The translations under genes were made by a program, and so were the position numbers. Positions 10,790-22,478 of a stretch of DNA of 64,000 bases are shown here, in pieces. This stretch comes from Octopus bimaculoides. Lineage: Eukaryota. Location: the NCBI RefSeq assembly GCF_001194135.2, contig NC_068981.1, positions 9,047,508 to 9,111,507 of the forward strand, given 5' to 3'. Positions within the stretch are counted from its first letter, which is position 1, and each line of letters starts with the position of its first letter. The notes beneath the pieces are model-generated. The model saw nothing but the letters and a program-made list of their open reading frames with translations. It was not told where the DNA came from and searched no databases.

Positions 10790-13330
10790 ATCATCATCAT
10801 CATCGTCATTTAATGTCTGTTTTCCATGCTGGCATGGGTTGGACAGCTTGACTGAGGACTGGCAATCCAAAAGACTGCACCAGGCTCCAATCTGATCTGG
10901 CAAGGTTTTTACAGCTGGATGCCCTTCCTAATGCCAACCACTCCTAGAGTGTAGTGGGTGTCTTTCATGTGCCACCAGCACGGGGGCCAGTCAGGCGGCA
11001 CTGACATAGACCACACACAGATGGTGCTTTCTATGTGCCACCAACACTGGCATTGGCCACACTCCAATGGTGCTTTCTACATGCCAGTCAGGTGGCACTG
11101 GCATCGGCCACGACAACGATTTCACTTGACTCAACAGGTCTTCTCAAGCACAGCATATTACCCAACAATTAAAGGGTACTTTTAAACAGGCCAGTTATGC
11201 AACACTGGCATCAGTTCCCTCCTCTGTTAGGGTGTGACACTTCTTCACACAGCTGTCCTCATCCATACCCAACACATGACCATACCAGCGCAGTCGTCTC
11301 TCTTGCACACCACATCTCATGCTTCTTATGTCTAACTTTTCTCTCTGGGCGCTAACACTCTGTTGTGTATGCACAGACTTTACACATCTAGTGGAGTATA
11401 CTACCTTCATTCCTTGCAAGGTTACACATGTCCTCAGTGGTCACAGCCCATGTTTCACTGCCGTTTAGCATGGCTGTTCGTATACATGTGTCATACAGTC
11501 TGCCTTTCACTCTGAGCGAGAGGCCTTTTGTTACTAACAGAGGTAAAAGCTCTCTGTACTTTGCCCAGACTATTCTTATTCTAGCAGCTATGCTCTCAGA
11601 GCATCTAGCCCCCACTACTGACTTGGTCACCTAGGTAACAGAAGCTATCCACTACCCCTTCTTTTCCCCACTAGCATGTAATGGAATCTGTTTTCTGTAC
11701 ATCTTCGGTGTTTATTGTCCCTGTGCATTTGTCACACACAAAAACTATCTTTCCAGTTAACCTTCCTTTGATATTGCTGCACTTCTTATGCGTCCACAGC
11801 TTACACTGGGTACACCTTATGGAGTTTCTACCTACACCTTTTCTACAGATCGAGCAGGGTCATCTACCTGAAGGGATTTGTGATTTGTCAGCCTTCCTAC
11901 TTACTAAGACTTTGGTTTTTGCTAGATTGATTCTAGGGCCCTTCGATTTTAGACCTTGCTTCCACACCTAGTTCTGGTAATGACTCAGCAATAAGAGCAA
12001 GGTCGTCAGCATAGAGGAGATCCCAGGGGCAGCCATTCTTGAATTCTTCTGTTATTGCCTGGAGGACTATAATGAATAAGAGAGACCTGAAGACTGATCT
12101 TTGGTGAACCCCTACTTGTACCCGGAATTCTTCACTATACTCATTGCCAACCCTCACCTTACTGACAACATCCTTGTACAGCTCTCACCAACCACTTGTC
12201 TATCACTAGTTTCCGTAGTGACCACCAGAAAAGGGATCAAGGGACCCTGACAAAGGCTTTCTCCATGTCAACAAAAACCAAGTTCAGAGGTTTATCTTTG
12301 GCTAGGAATTTCTCCTGCAGTTGTCTTACCAGAAATATAGTATCAGTGGTGCTTTTCCCTGGCACAAACCCACTGCATCTCGTCTAAACTAACCCTCTCC
12401 CTAATTAATTGGGACATGACCCTCTCTATCACTTTCATCACCTGATCCAACAATTTGACACCTCTGTAATTATTCCTATCTAAAGCGTCACCTTTACCTT
12501 TGTAGCAGTTGACTATGGTGCTGCTATACCAGTCATTAGGTATGACTCCATGTATCACCTGGTTGACTATATGGGTAACTAGGCTACAGCCTACACTGCC
12601 AGATTTTTTAAGCATCTCTACAGTGATTCCTGATGGGCTGAGGGGTTTCCCTGTCTTCATACCCTCAATTGCTTTATCTACCAAGGTACTGTCAATTCGG
12701 ATAGCTGGTCCCTCTGTTGGGTCAACATTTGGCAGACTCTCTTTCTCACATTCATTCTCTTCATTTAGCAACCTTTCATAGTAGCATCTCCAAGTCTCTC
12801 TCTCTGCAGCATCATCATATGTAAGTGAGCCACCATCCATGCGGATACATTTCTCTCCTATGACATCACGATTCTCTCACACTGTCTTGCAATACAAAAC
12901 ACTTCAAGTCTCTAGTCCTCACGATGCAGAATATTGGTAAATTTTGTCCTATCTGCTTCCCCTCTGGCTAAGTACACCTGTCTCCTAGCTTCCCTTCTAG
13001 TGATCTGATACTGTTCCCTGCTACCACTGTTCTTCCAGTCCTTCCATGCCCGTTTCTTTTCTCTAATGGCCCTGTCAAATACATTGTTCCACCACCACAT
13101 TACCTTAGGTTGAGAGGGGACTTTGCACCAGCCACAGATCTGGTTAGTGGCCCTCAAGAGGTTGTCCTGTAGGAACCTCCAGTTGTCCTCCCCATTATAT
13201 GATGCTATATCCTCCTCTTTTTCATCAAAAGCTTCAAGTAATATGTCTCTAAATCCCTGTCCATTCAGAGGAGCCTTAAGCTTCCAGACCCTTCTTTTCT
13301 CTGCTGGTGAGGAACCTAGCAGAACCTCCT
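10790..13330 (-). mobile_element. Largest RTE LINE copy (linker, RT, PHD, C-terminus, modular 3' UTR); frameshifted and 5'-truncated
   Basis: YRGVKLLDQVMKVIERV, RVQVGVHQRSVFRSLLFIIV and LLYADDLALIA in ORF-track fragments; (CAT)n tail at about 10790. It ends roughly 90 bp from the VPS35 exon 2 donor. Confidence 0.93.
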
Positions 13331-13423
13331 CTCCACCTTACTTCAACAAGAACTGTAAAAAGCCATTGATATTTTACCACTTAGTTTTAGCAACAACAAA
13401 TGGAAATGGGAGAAGATATTTAC

Positions 13424-13525
13424 CAAACATCTTTTCATCTGAAAAGATTGACTCTTAACCACTTTTGTAGCTTCATCGAGAAGTTTTTCTTGCTCTTCCT
13501 GTGGTGATAATTGTGGTGTTGATGG
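13424..13525 (-). CDS. VPS35: VPS35 exon 2 ([34 protein letters not shown])
   Basis: tttccag acceptor, gtaaat donor, 102 nt. Matches the VPS35 N-terminus (human [28 protein letters not shown]). Confidence 0.96.
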
Positions 13526-13689
13526 CTGGAAATAAAGAAATAGATTAATGAAGACAGAAAAATTAACATTTTTACAGGAAGAAAAAGAAAGAAAAAGCAT
13601 TAGAAGTATAAAAGATCAAATCATTGATTATAACTACCTCAGCAAGGAAACAAAGAAAAAGAAAAGGAGTGGAGGGAAGTAAGTAGCAG

Positions 13690-13925
13690 AAGATGGAGGG
13701 GATGGAGTGACAGGTTATACATCCCAGAACAAATGGCATGTTTAGCCATGCCTCACAGACACGATTGCAAAGGTGTTGCCATGGATAGTGCAACAGCCAC
13801 CCCACCTGATGGAGCTCATTTCTCAGATGGGCTTCACGAATCCTGATTTGGCTGAGGAAATCAGCAGTGTGGGGTCTGAAAACACCTGAGGTCCCAATAG
13901 TGACTGGCACAAAATGGTAGCAGAT
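13690..13925 (-). mobile_element. Remnant of the restriction-like-endonuclease C-terminus of a CRE/NeSL-type non-LTR element
   Basis: HFVPVTIGTSGVFRPHTADFLSQI, then after a frameshift VAVA..IHGNTFAI. Resembles the F.P.A.ET.G..G / QRLSVAVQRGNA pattern. Confidence 0.5.
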
Positions 13926-14399
13926 GGTTGCACTTCTGTCCTCTGAAAAATTATGTTTAAAAGTTAGATATTTCCAGAAAAAGTTTTTAAAAATTTAATA
14001 CACTAAATCTGATGTTTTCTTTTCATGCTAAAACCAACCAAATTTCTTAGACTTACCCTGCCTCCCTTCCCCCATATTCCCCATTATATTATTTTAGAAG
14101 AAGTCCAAACATTAAAAAGAAAAATTGCCCTACAACAGCTGAATTACAATATAAAAACAACTTGTAAACCACATGACCTTTCTTAGAAACCCTCACAACT
14201 TGATACAAATATTACCATAAGATCTAGATTACAGCATTAACGATCATTGCTTAACATTCAGTTTGCATAATTATATTTAATTGAACATGTTATTATATAT
14301 TTGTTTTTCATAAACAAATCTGTCCTTAAATATCTTATGCACCCTGTATATACATACACACACACACATGTATATATATACATATATACACACACACAC

Positions 14400-15120
14400 T
14401 TCAGGGATATGATCTTGTTTGATATGCAGAAAAGGAATAGGTATCAATTCCCCTATGCTATACACACTGTAAGCTATGGACATACAAGACTATCAGAGAA
14501 TGTCAGCTTCATATGTGACAGATGTACTGGAACAATACAAACTATGAGCACACTGGAAACAGATCTCTTAAATACCTGGAAGGTCCACTAGAAATAGAAG
14601 GCAATATTTAATTAGCAGGGGAGGTGATTGCACGAAAAAAAAATATAGTAGCCAGTGTGTGAATAGGTTGGAGAAAGTTCAGAGAGCTGCTACTACCACT
14701 GCTGGCAACAATAGTCTTTTCTCACAGAGTGAGAAACAGATTGTATGATGCTTGTGTTAAAACTGTAATGCTACATGGAAGTGAGATATGGGCCTGGAAT
14801 GGAGAGGATTTTGAGAAGACTGGAGAAAAATAAAGCTAGCATGCTCTGCAGGATGTGCATAAACAACATAGCATAAATGTGCTGAAAGAAAAAACTGGAA
14901 ATAAGAGAAATCGGAAGAAAGAAGAAGACTGCACTGGTACAGACATGTGATGCATATGGATGAAACACAGGTGTATAGAGAAGTGTCACTGAATGTGGAA
15001 AGAGCTTAAAGAAGAGGGAGACCCAAGAAGACAACAAAGTGGTGAAGACTGACCTCAAAACCATAAACCTCATGAAGGAGATGACAAGCCAGATGTGGTT
15101 CTTGAGAAGACCTGCTGACC
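14400..15120 (+). mobile_element. Degenerate RTE fragment (PHD family)
   Basis: FICDRCTG, plus decayed RT C-terminal sequence matching 11300-11700. Confidence 0.7.
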
Positions 15121-15404
15121 TCAATGAAACTCTGGTTCTGGAATCATCTCACCGTTATCCATCTTTCATTCTTAACACTGTCCTCTCCATCTTTTACATT
15201 GCTCATCCTCCTCAACCAACAAACAATTTCTTCTCCACCCACCATGCATTTCCTCCTCCCCCTTTCACTATATTTGTCCCACACTCTTACAATGTACCCA
15301 ACCACATCATCTCTTTACCTCTTGCTTTTGCCCATCTCTCTCTCGTTTGCATTATCATTAATATTAATACTTATCAGCTGCTCTTCAGTGTGGCAGAGGA
15401 CAGG

Positions 15405-15860
15405 CATTAGGGTGGCCACCAAGCTGAAAGTGTACCAAGCAGCTGACTGCCTGCACTGCTATATGTTTGCAAGACATGGATGGTTTACCAACGCCATGCC
15501 AAAAGACTAAGCTACTTCCATGTGAACTGCCTGAGAAAGCTGTTGAAAATTACCCGGCAAGACACGGTCGCAGACATGGAGGTCCTCTCTTGAGCTGATC
15601 TGCCAAGCCTTTACATACTGCTGAAGAGAGCACAAGTCAGGTGGGTGGGCCACCTTGTTCGAATGCCTGACACACAACTACCCAAAAGACTGCTATACAG
15701 TGAATTAGTGGAAGGCAAGCACACTCAGGGTGGACAGAAAGAGCACTTTAAGGACACACTCAAAGCTTCACCAAAGAGCTTTGAGATCAATGCTAACACC
15801 TGAAGAAATGCGAGCACAAAAGACTGCCCCACCTGGCAAGGCTGCACCAACATCTCAATA
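15405..15860 (+). mobile_element. RTE (BovB-like) ORF C-terminal remnant
   Basis: KLKVYQA..., QVRWVGHLVRMPDTQLPKRLLYSEL. Confidence 0.8.
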
Positions 15861-16139
15861 CCTGTTCTTCATTATATTCACTCTCTCACCCATTTCCTAT
15901 CACAATCTCTGAACACTCCCCCTCAACACCCTTGCAACCTCTACCCACCCACATTTCCAATTCTGTCCCCACTCTTACTCACCCCTTACTGTGAGGGTCT
16001 ATGCTGACATTTCATCACCACTAGATTTTCATCCATTTTCAATCCCACCTAAATCACGCCTATCCTCTCTTTCATAATGTCAGTAGTTGTGTAGCTCCCC
16101 TACAGCAAGAAACCTGTTCTGTTCTGATCCCTTCTCTCT

Positions 16140-16385
16140 CACCTCTCTACGGTAGCCCGACTCAGTCAAAGGGTATCTTGGTTGTGCAGGCTGCATAGCA
16201 ACCTCACTAGTGCTGGTGTAACAAATAAAAAAAAAATGTACCTAACATACACTGCAGGGTAGCTGGTGCTAGGAAGGGCATCCAGCTGTAGAAATGATGC
16301 CAAAGCAGACACTGGACCTGTTAACTCCCTTCAAACTCTCCAACCTGTACCAGCATCATCAAACATGAACATTAAATAATGACAA
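16140..16385 (+). mobile_element. RTE-tail SINE-like copy
   Basis: aggaagggcatccagctgtagaaat...cattaaataatgac. Confidence 0.65.
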
Positions 16386-16431
16386 TATACACATTTATGA
16401 AAGATGTGTACATGTATATACAACATAAATA

Positions 16432-17567
16432 CAGAGAGTGTCAGCTATTTGAGAACAAAACTTAGGAAATTTAAGTGGCCCAAACTTTAAATATCTTCAC
16501 TGTTTTCAGCACCGACTGGAAGTTTTGAATCTAACGTAGATGATGAAAAGATATGTCATTCTTGTTACCTTGACTACCAACTACTCTGTGATTGCAACCA
16601 TCTTAAATGTCACTAGGTCTTTCATGTTTAGGGTCAGAAAAGAGCTCTTGGCCTCTGAAAGGAATATATCTTCTGTGGCCAAAAGAAGAAAACATTCTTG
16701 ACCATCAGATGCTGTCAGAAGAGTCGAGTTTGTCCACAAAGTTTGGGGTGTCATCAGTGATAATCCTAGCAAGTCGATGAGGACCAATGTCAATCATTTC
16801 CATCTCAGAGTCAATGATGTGCAGCGTATGTGATAAGAAGAGGAAAGTCCATGCCCAATAGGAGCTGGGATAACCCACGTGATCCATTGAAGCTCTTGCT
16901 GAACAAACTCAAGCACTCCCAGGAGTCCAACATGTTCTTCACAGATGAGAACTGTGCCCAAAACCAAAAAAGTGAACAAAAGAAATAACAGCTGGCTCTT
17001 TTCGTCCCCCCCACACACACACACACTGAAGCCACCATGTTTTTATCATCTGTGTTGGTCGTAAGCAATGAGGACTGTACCGGATCACTTTTTCCTGTAA
17101 GGTCTTAGAGTAAATGTAGCAGTCTTCAATGAGACAGTTGTCAAACCCTGGATCGAGGGAAGTGTTTGTGGGGTGGGGGGGGGCAGTACATGTTCCAACC
17201 TTTCACACAGCTTGTACGACTCGGAAGTGGTTATTCGAAAATTTTCCTGATCATGTTATCCTTAAAATTTGGTCTTCCAGCACTTCGGATTTAACCCCCC
17301 CCCCAATCACTTCGACTATTGCGTCTGGAGAGTCGTTGAGGAGATCAACAAGGACTCATTGATGTCTGCTATTGGGGACATTATGGCCAACATGAATAAA
17401 GATCACCTGATTAACGCATTTAGTCGCTTCAGAATCCGTATTGAATGGCTTTCGCTGTGAGCCTCTAAGAATATGTATACCAAATTCTGTAATAAATATA
17501 TTAAAGTTTCGAATACTTTTGTTTTCCTTAAATTAACATTTTGTTCTTAACTAGCTGACACACCCTT
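16432..17567 (+). mobile_element. Tc1/mariner (maT-like) DNA transposon, decayed, both TIRs present
   Basis: TIRs of about 28 bp (cagagagtgtcagctatttgagaacaaaa / ttttgttcttaactagctgacacaccct). Transposase pieces LLNKLKH..FFTDE and DYCVWRVVE..MANMNKDHLINAFSRFRIRIE. Confidence 0.8.
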
Positions 17568-18390
17568 AATACATACATACATGTATATAAACATAGATAA
17601 ATATATAAACATACATAAATACATCCTTATAATGCCTATACACAGACAAACATATATACATATTTAAATTTAAACATTTATATATATATATACATGTATA
17701 CACATAAATATTATATATATATAAGAGGGTATGTGCTTGTAACATTGTTTTGGTTTTTTAAAGTGAGTTCTATAATCGTGAATTGCTTGCGCCGTACTGG
17801 TGTGTGTATGTGTAATTTTGCTGACTAATAATATTAATTAGGAAATGCCTTGTTTTATAAGAATGTCTTCTACAATTTCAGAGAGTAATGTTGATTTTAA
17901 AGTGATTCAATAAAAAGGAAAACTAAAGATCAATGAGAGAGTTTAAAATAATAAATTAGGTTAATCTGTGGAGAAACAGTTGGCAGTGAGGGAATTCTGT
18001 TTAAAGACCGGTCGGGAATTGCAACAATTAAATCAATAGAAACGAAGAAGACTCGTTCGGTGGTAGAAGTAACATTATATAAGTGTTTACGTTCTAATCA
18101 TGGTCCATTCGGTATGAGTCAAGTGAAGAAGACTAAACATGGACAGAAATCTATTAGGATTAGGATTTGTAGCAGAAAATATTTGGAATAATAATAATTG
18201 TGAGATGTGTCAATGTTGGGACTTGAGGATGACTTTGCATTGCTCCAGTCTGGTCTCTCATTAAAATGGATTTCTAACATTATGAAGAGGGTAAAGAATT
18301 AACCTATTAGTGTAGATATTAATGTTGAAAAAGTGATTAAATTAAGAATAAAATGAAAAGATCCAAAGTTAAAAAAAAATTGTGGAAAGG

Positions 18391-18426
<36 letters not shown>

Positions 18427-18612
18427 TGGTGCGGAGGAAAGGATTAGACATAAAACAGATTAAATAGCAACGGAGGCAGCAATAATAAGAATAAGAATAG
18501 AATGTTATATTGTGGTAGATGGAGGACATAAATAGAAAAGGAAAAGAAAATGAGAAAATATTTCCATTAAAAATATTTCAAAGTAAACAAATGGAAGAGA
18601 AACAACACCCAC

Positions 18613-18615
18613 CAT
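18613..18615 (-). CDS. VPS35: VPS35 coding exon 1 (initiator ATG only)
   Basis: Minus strand reads catcATG|gtgggt. Exon 2 starts in phase 0 without a Met. The site lies in the CpG-containing region facing ORC6. As I recall, human VPS35 exon 1 also contributes only the ATG. Confidence 0.75.
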
Positions 18616-18894
18616 GATGAAATCATGTGACTAATTTACTCGGCAGGACGAGATTATATCAGCAGTCGGGTTTCCAATCTAAAATCTAAAATAAAATAAA
18701 ACATTTAGATCGGGTGATTTCTATAAGATAGTTATAGGTATCGAAACAAAATTATTATCCAACTGATATTTATTAAATAATAAAAATATATTAATTTTTT
18801 TCCCATCATTCAATATTTCGCGGGAAATCTAATGTGTTGGAGGTGAACAGCTGTGTTTTAGCGGGGAAACAGTTTTATTGAAATCACTGAGAAA
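18616..18894. promoter_or_regulatory. Bidirectional promoter and 5' UTRs shared by VPS35 and ORC6, with E2F sites
   Basis: 279 bp between divergent ATGs. TTTCGCGGGAAA at 18816-18827 and GCGGGGAAA at 18861-18869. CpGs are locally retained. Confidence 0.8.
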
Positions 18895-18947
18895 ATGCTT
18901 CAGGTCTTGGGAACAAAACTCGGATTAACAAGTGTTTCAGTCCTCAA
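18895..18947 (+). CDS. ORC6: ORC6 exon 1 (MLQVLGTKLGLTSVSVL)
   Basis: First ATG after an in-frame TAG, gtaaat donor, phase 2 joins exon 2 in frame. Resembles human IGRLAPRLGL. Confidence 0.75.
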
Positions 18948-19057
18948 GTAAATATATCTTTTTTTTATATATCGAAATTGTTGACGTTAAAATATATTCA
19001 TTTATTTCTTATTTAGATTCTAACGTAAATCTATTAAAACGATCAATCTTATTACAG

Positions 19058-19205
19058 ACATGCTAATGAAATCTGTCGCAAGATGGAAAGTGGTCCAAAT
19101 GTAATTTCTTTGTCATTTCTTCGATTAAGCCAGTCCTGTAAATGTGTCATAGCTTTGGATCTGGCAGCCAACAAATTTGGATGTCATCTTAAAGAATCGG
19201 ACAAG
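19058..19205 (+). CDS. ORC6: ORC6 exon 2 (KHANEICRKMESGPNVISLSFLRLSQSCKCVIALDLAANKFGCHLKESDK)
   Basis: ttacag acceptor, gtaggt donor. ALDLAA corresponds to human CLDLAA. Confidence 0.85.
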
Positions 19206-19730
19206 GTAGGTGAATCGAAATGATATTAATCTCTTCTATATTTTTCTTCATTTTTGTAAGTCATATATTATTTTGTTGGCGACATACAACAAATAAATAC
19301 AGACGTCCATCCATTCTAGGAGCTGGAAAGATAATCTATAATCAGAGATTTTAAAATCAAATAATGCCATAAGCACGACCAACAATGGGGTGCTCTGTGA
19401 CTAACTCGAGAGTCCTCGAGCTGATAAATATCAGCCCCGTCTTTTATTGAGAAGATTTTACATTGGTGTAATTACTTCTTCGCCATGGTGTTGGATCAGT
19501 TTCTTCGCCCTCCCCTTCTTTTCCAATCCTCCCGTGCCCCACTTCCATTATAAGCGAACTCTGTGATGTCCTAAGAATGTGTGGCATTCCTTCTACTCAT
19601 TCTGCCTTAGTAAATTATTTGTTTTTAATCTTTATTATCCATGAAGCCCTGATATGTTTACTTCATTAAGTATTTAAAGTAGGGGCGATCTTTCGATACT
19701 AATCCAATTTTTTTTTCTCTTTTAATCCAG

Positions 19731-19894
19731 TCGATGGCCATAAAACTGTCAGGCTTGAATAAAAAAGCATATTTAAATTCTTTCAAAACTGTTGAAAGTT
19801 TGTTGGGAGAACAACAAAAATCCTCCATTCGAGAACTTTGTGTACAGTTTGGGTGTACGGATATCGCTGATGTGGCCCAGGAAACACTCAACAG
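19731..19894 (+). CDS. ORC6: ORC6 exon 3 (SMAIKLSGLNKKAYLNSFKTVESLLGEQQKSSIRELCVQFGCTDIADVAQETLN)
   Basis: atccag acceptor, gtaaat donor, 164 nt. Matches human IKLSGLNKETY...IRDLAVQFSC. Confidence 0.95.
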
Positions 19895-20767
19895 GTAAAT
19901 AGTAAATACCTGTGTATTGTTTTGTTTTTTAAGTATTAAAAAAGTAAATACTATTGTTTTTTGTTTTATGCCATCCGATGTACATTTTGATGCATCTTAG
20001 AGATTTATCATCACGAGTTAAGCAAATACTGTCACTGTTGAGTTCATACTATTGAAACATGTTTGGAGTTGTCTCTCTTTGGGAAATAATATAATTGAAA
20101 TATTAGTCATTAACTGATATGGTTTTAACTGGAGAAGCATGATCTCCAGGGGCTACTGCAGAATCATCGCACCTCTCCTGAAAAAATTATTTCGGATTCC
20201 TACGTTTTAGATGTTGGAGATTATGAATATGCAAACTCCATCCTCTATAGGACCACCATATTTAGTTGGCAAATATAGTTTATGAATAAATGGACAGGGA
20301 TAAATAGATAGACAAATAAATAAATAGATGAAAAAGTTAAAAATTTTAAATTGGGGAGGGGGTGAAACTAAACTCTGCTTGCGAAGACCTGTTGAGGCAA
20401 GTGAAATCGAAATCCATATTTCTGGGTTGATAGAAGTTTGAAAAAGGCATGGGTGAGCGAAAGATGAGAAATGGATGTAGTGAATGGTAGATAAGGGTGG
20501 GAGGGTATCCAATGGTACACATACGATATATATAAATATCTCATTTAGATTCATCCAGAATGAAGTAATGTGGCTTGATGCTAAGTTGTTTTATAATCTC
20601 TTTTTTCATTCCTTCATTGTAATTGAGAGATTGTTGCCAATAAGAATATAATTCTCTGGTAATGTTTGGAATTGAGAATTGCAGATTTACTGACAGCAAT
20701 AATGGATGCAAAAGACTCATTAAAACTCCACAAAAGCTAAGATGTCTTTGATGTCTTTTTATTTCAG

Positions 20768-20857
20768 GTACCAGTCAGCTATGGTAAAGAATGGATGTGC
20801 TGATATTGACTTCAAATCAACCCTTTTCTTGGCTGCTGCAGTTGAAGCTGCTTGTCT
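20768..20857 (+). CDS. ORC6: ORC6 exon 4 (YQSAMVKNGCADIDFKSTLFLAAAVEAAC)
   Basis: tttcag acceptor, gtaagt donor, 90 nt. Corresponds to human DLDLSRPLFTSAALLSAC. Confidence 0.92.
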
Positions 20858-20889
20858 GTAAGTTGCTTGAATTAGCTTTTATCTTTTAC

Positions 20890-21085
20890 TTGTTTCACTC
20901 ATTGTGGCCATGCTGGGGCATCTCTTTGAAGAATTTTCACTTGAATGAATTGAATCCCAGTACTTTTAATTTTAAAGCCTGGTACATCATATTCTATCAG
21001 TCTCTTTTGCCAAATTGCTTAAGTTACTTGGGATGTAAACACACCAATACCAGTTGTCAAATGGCAGCGGGGAACAAACACAGGC
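20890..21085 (-). mobile_element. CORE-type SINE 3' part
   Basis: Same family as 9175-9490. Confidence 0.65.
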
Positions 21086-22365
21086 ATGAAAACATTTATA
21101 TATATATATATATATAAATTAAAATTTAGAGGTAATACTTGACAATTGTAAGCACCTGTGTATGCCAGCTCGTGGTTCAGGTGAAAGAATAAATTGTAAA
21201 TCCCAAAAATAACAACAAAACTACAAAGGATTCCGCGGTACACGTGTTTCAAGTTTTATATGTGTATAATTTACAATGTAAAGCTATCCTCAGCCGCAAA
21301 ATTATTTCTCTCCCAGGATATTATACCACATCGGCGTTGAAGTAGGAAGAAAGGTGTGATGTAAGAGGTGAAGATCCTTTCGGTATTCTGTATAGAACTA
21401 TACCTCGTATAATTCTCCACCCAGACATAATTTCTCCGGTCCTCTGAAAACCGTCCATACCTTGCCACGATTCTACACACTGATAAACAGTGATTAAGAC
21501 AATTATCATCTCAAGTGTTGTGCTGTGCCTTAATTTAATTAAGAAATGATTGATGATGTAATCAATTGTTGGCTATTAGGTTATTGTGGGGTATTCTGGC
21601 AGGATTATCTGCTAATTTAAGTTGATAATCCAATAACAACCTTCAGATATGGTTTGAGATAAATAATAGTAACAGATTTGGAATTTAAACTAGCAGAAGT
21701 GTTACTGTAGAGTCTCTAGCAGGGTGCCATGAAATGGCTTCTCAGTCTACTGCAGGTAAATATTATTGATTGAAGAGAGTAAAAGTGATTAGCATCAGTT
21801 TTGCCTAAGAATATTGGTAATGCCAAGGAAATGATTCGTGCTCAAAACTAGTCTCCATAGAAGCTTAACAAATGTAGATGTCTTTTAAAATTTGGATATT
21901 TCTTGGAATAGACGTTTTATTAATAAAAGTTTTTTTTTTGTGTTATTGATCTCATTCCAGTATATTATTGGTATACCAACTGACAGAATTAGAAAGTAAG
22001 TTAGTCAACATGAACAAAGGCTTGTCAGACAGTTCCGAAAGTGGCATTGGTTGATCTGTTACTGTTTTTCATACCTGTAGTAACATTAATGACCATTTTG
22101 AAGTCCTCCAAGACTGGGAGAAAGAAGTGATGAAGTTACCTTAGGCATCACTTCAGAATCTGCTGAAAACCTGTGGTTTACCTGTTTTCTATGGCTTCTG
22201 TTGTTCAATTATATAGTTCATATTAAAGAATGATTGTTTGGAATTATTCAGGATGTTGTGTATGTTTGTTTCAGAACAATAATTGACAAATGAGAGTTTA
22301 GAGAGTAAAAAAAAAATACCATCTGAATCAGTGAAACAATTCTTTTTCTTGTTATTTATTTTCAG

Positions 22366-22478
22366 AAAATATAAATATAAAATTGACCGACTGAAATTGC
22401 GAGAGACTTGCAGTGTGAAGAAAGCTGTTTTTCTCCGACTTGTTGAACAACTTGTAAAATATGCAGAGGAGATAAAAA
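22366..22478 (+). CDS. ORC6: ORC6 exon 5 (KYKYKIDRLKLRETCSVKKAVFLRLVEQLVKYAEEIK)
   Basis: tttcag acceptor, gtaagt donor, 113 nt. Corresponds to human KLKVDKNKM..SGVKKAIFDRLCKQL. Confidence 0.93.

Noticed and set aside
17980-18290. Coding-looking stretch (GIATIKSIETKKTRSVVEVTLYKCLRS...) in VPS35 intron 1
   Set aside because: It is interrupted by stops, has no splice-consistent model and matches no family I recognise; probably old TE debris.
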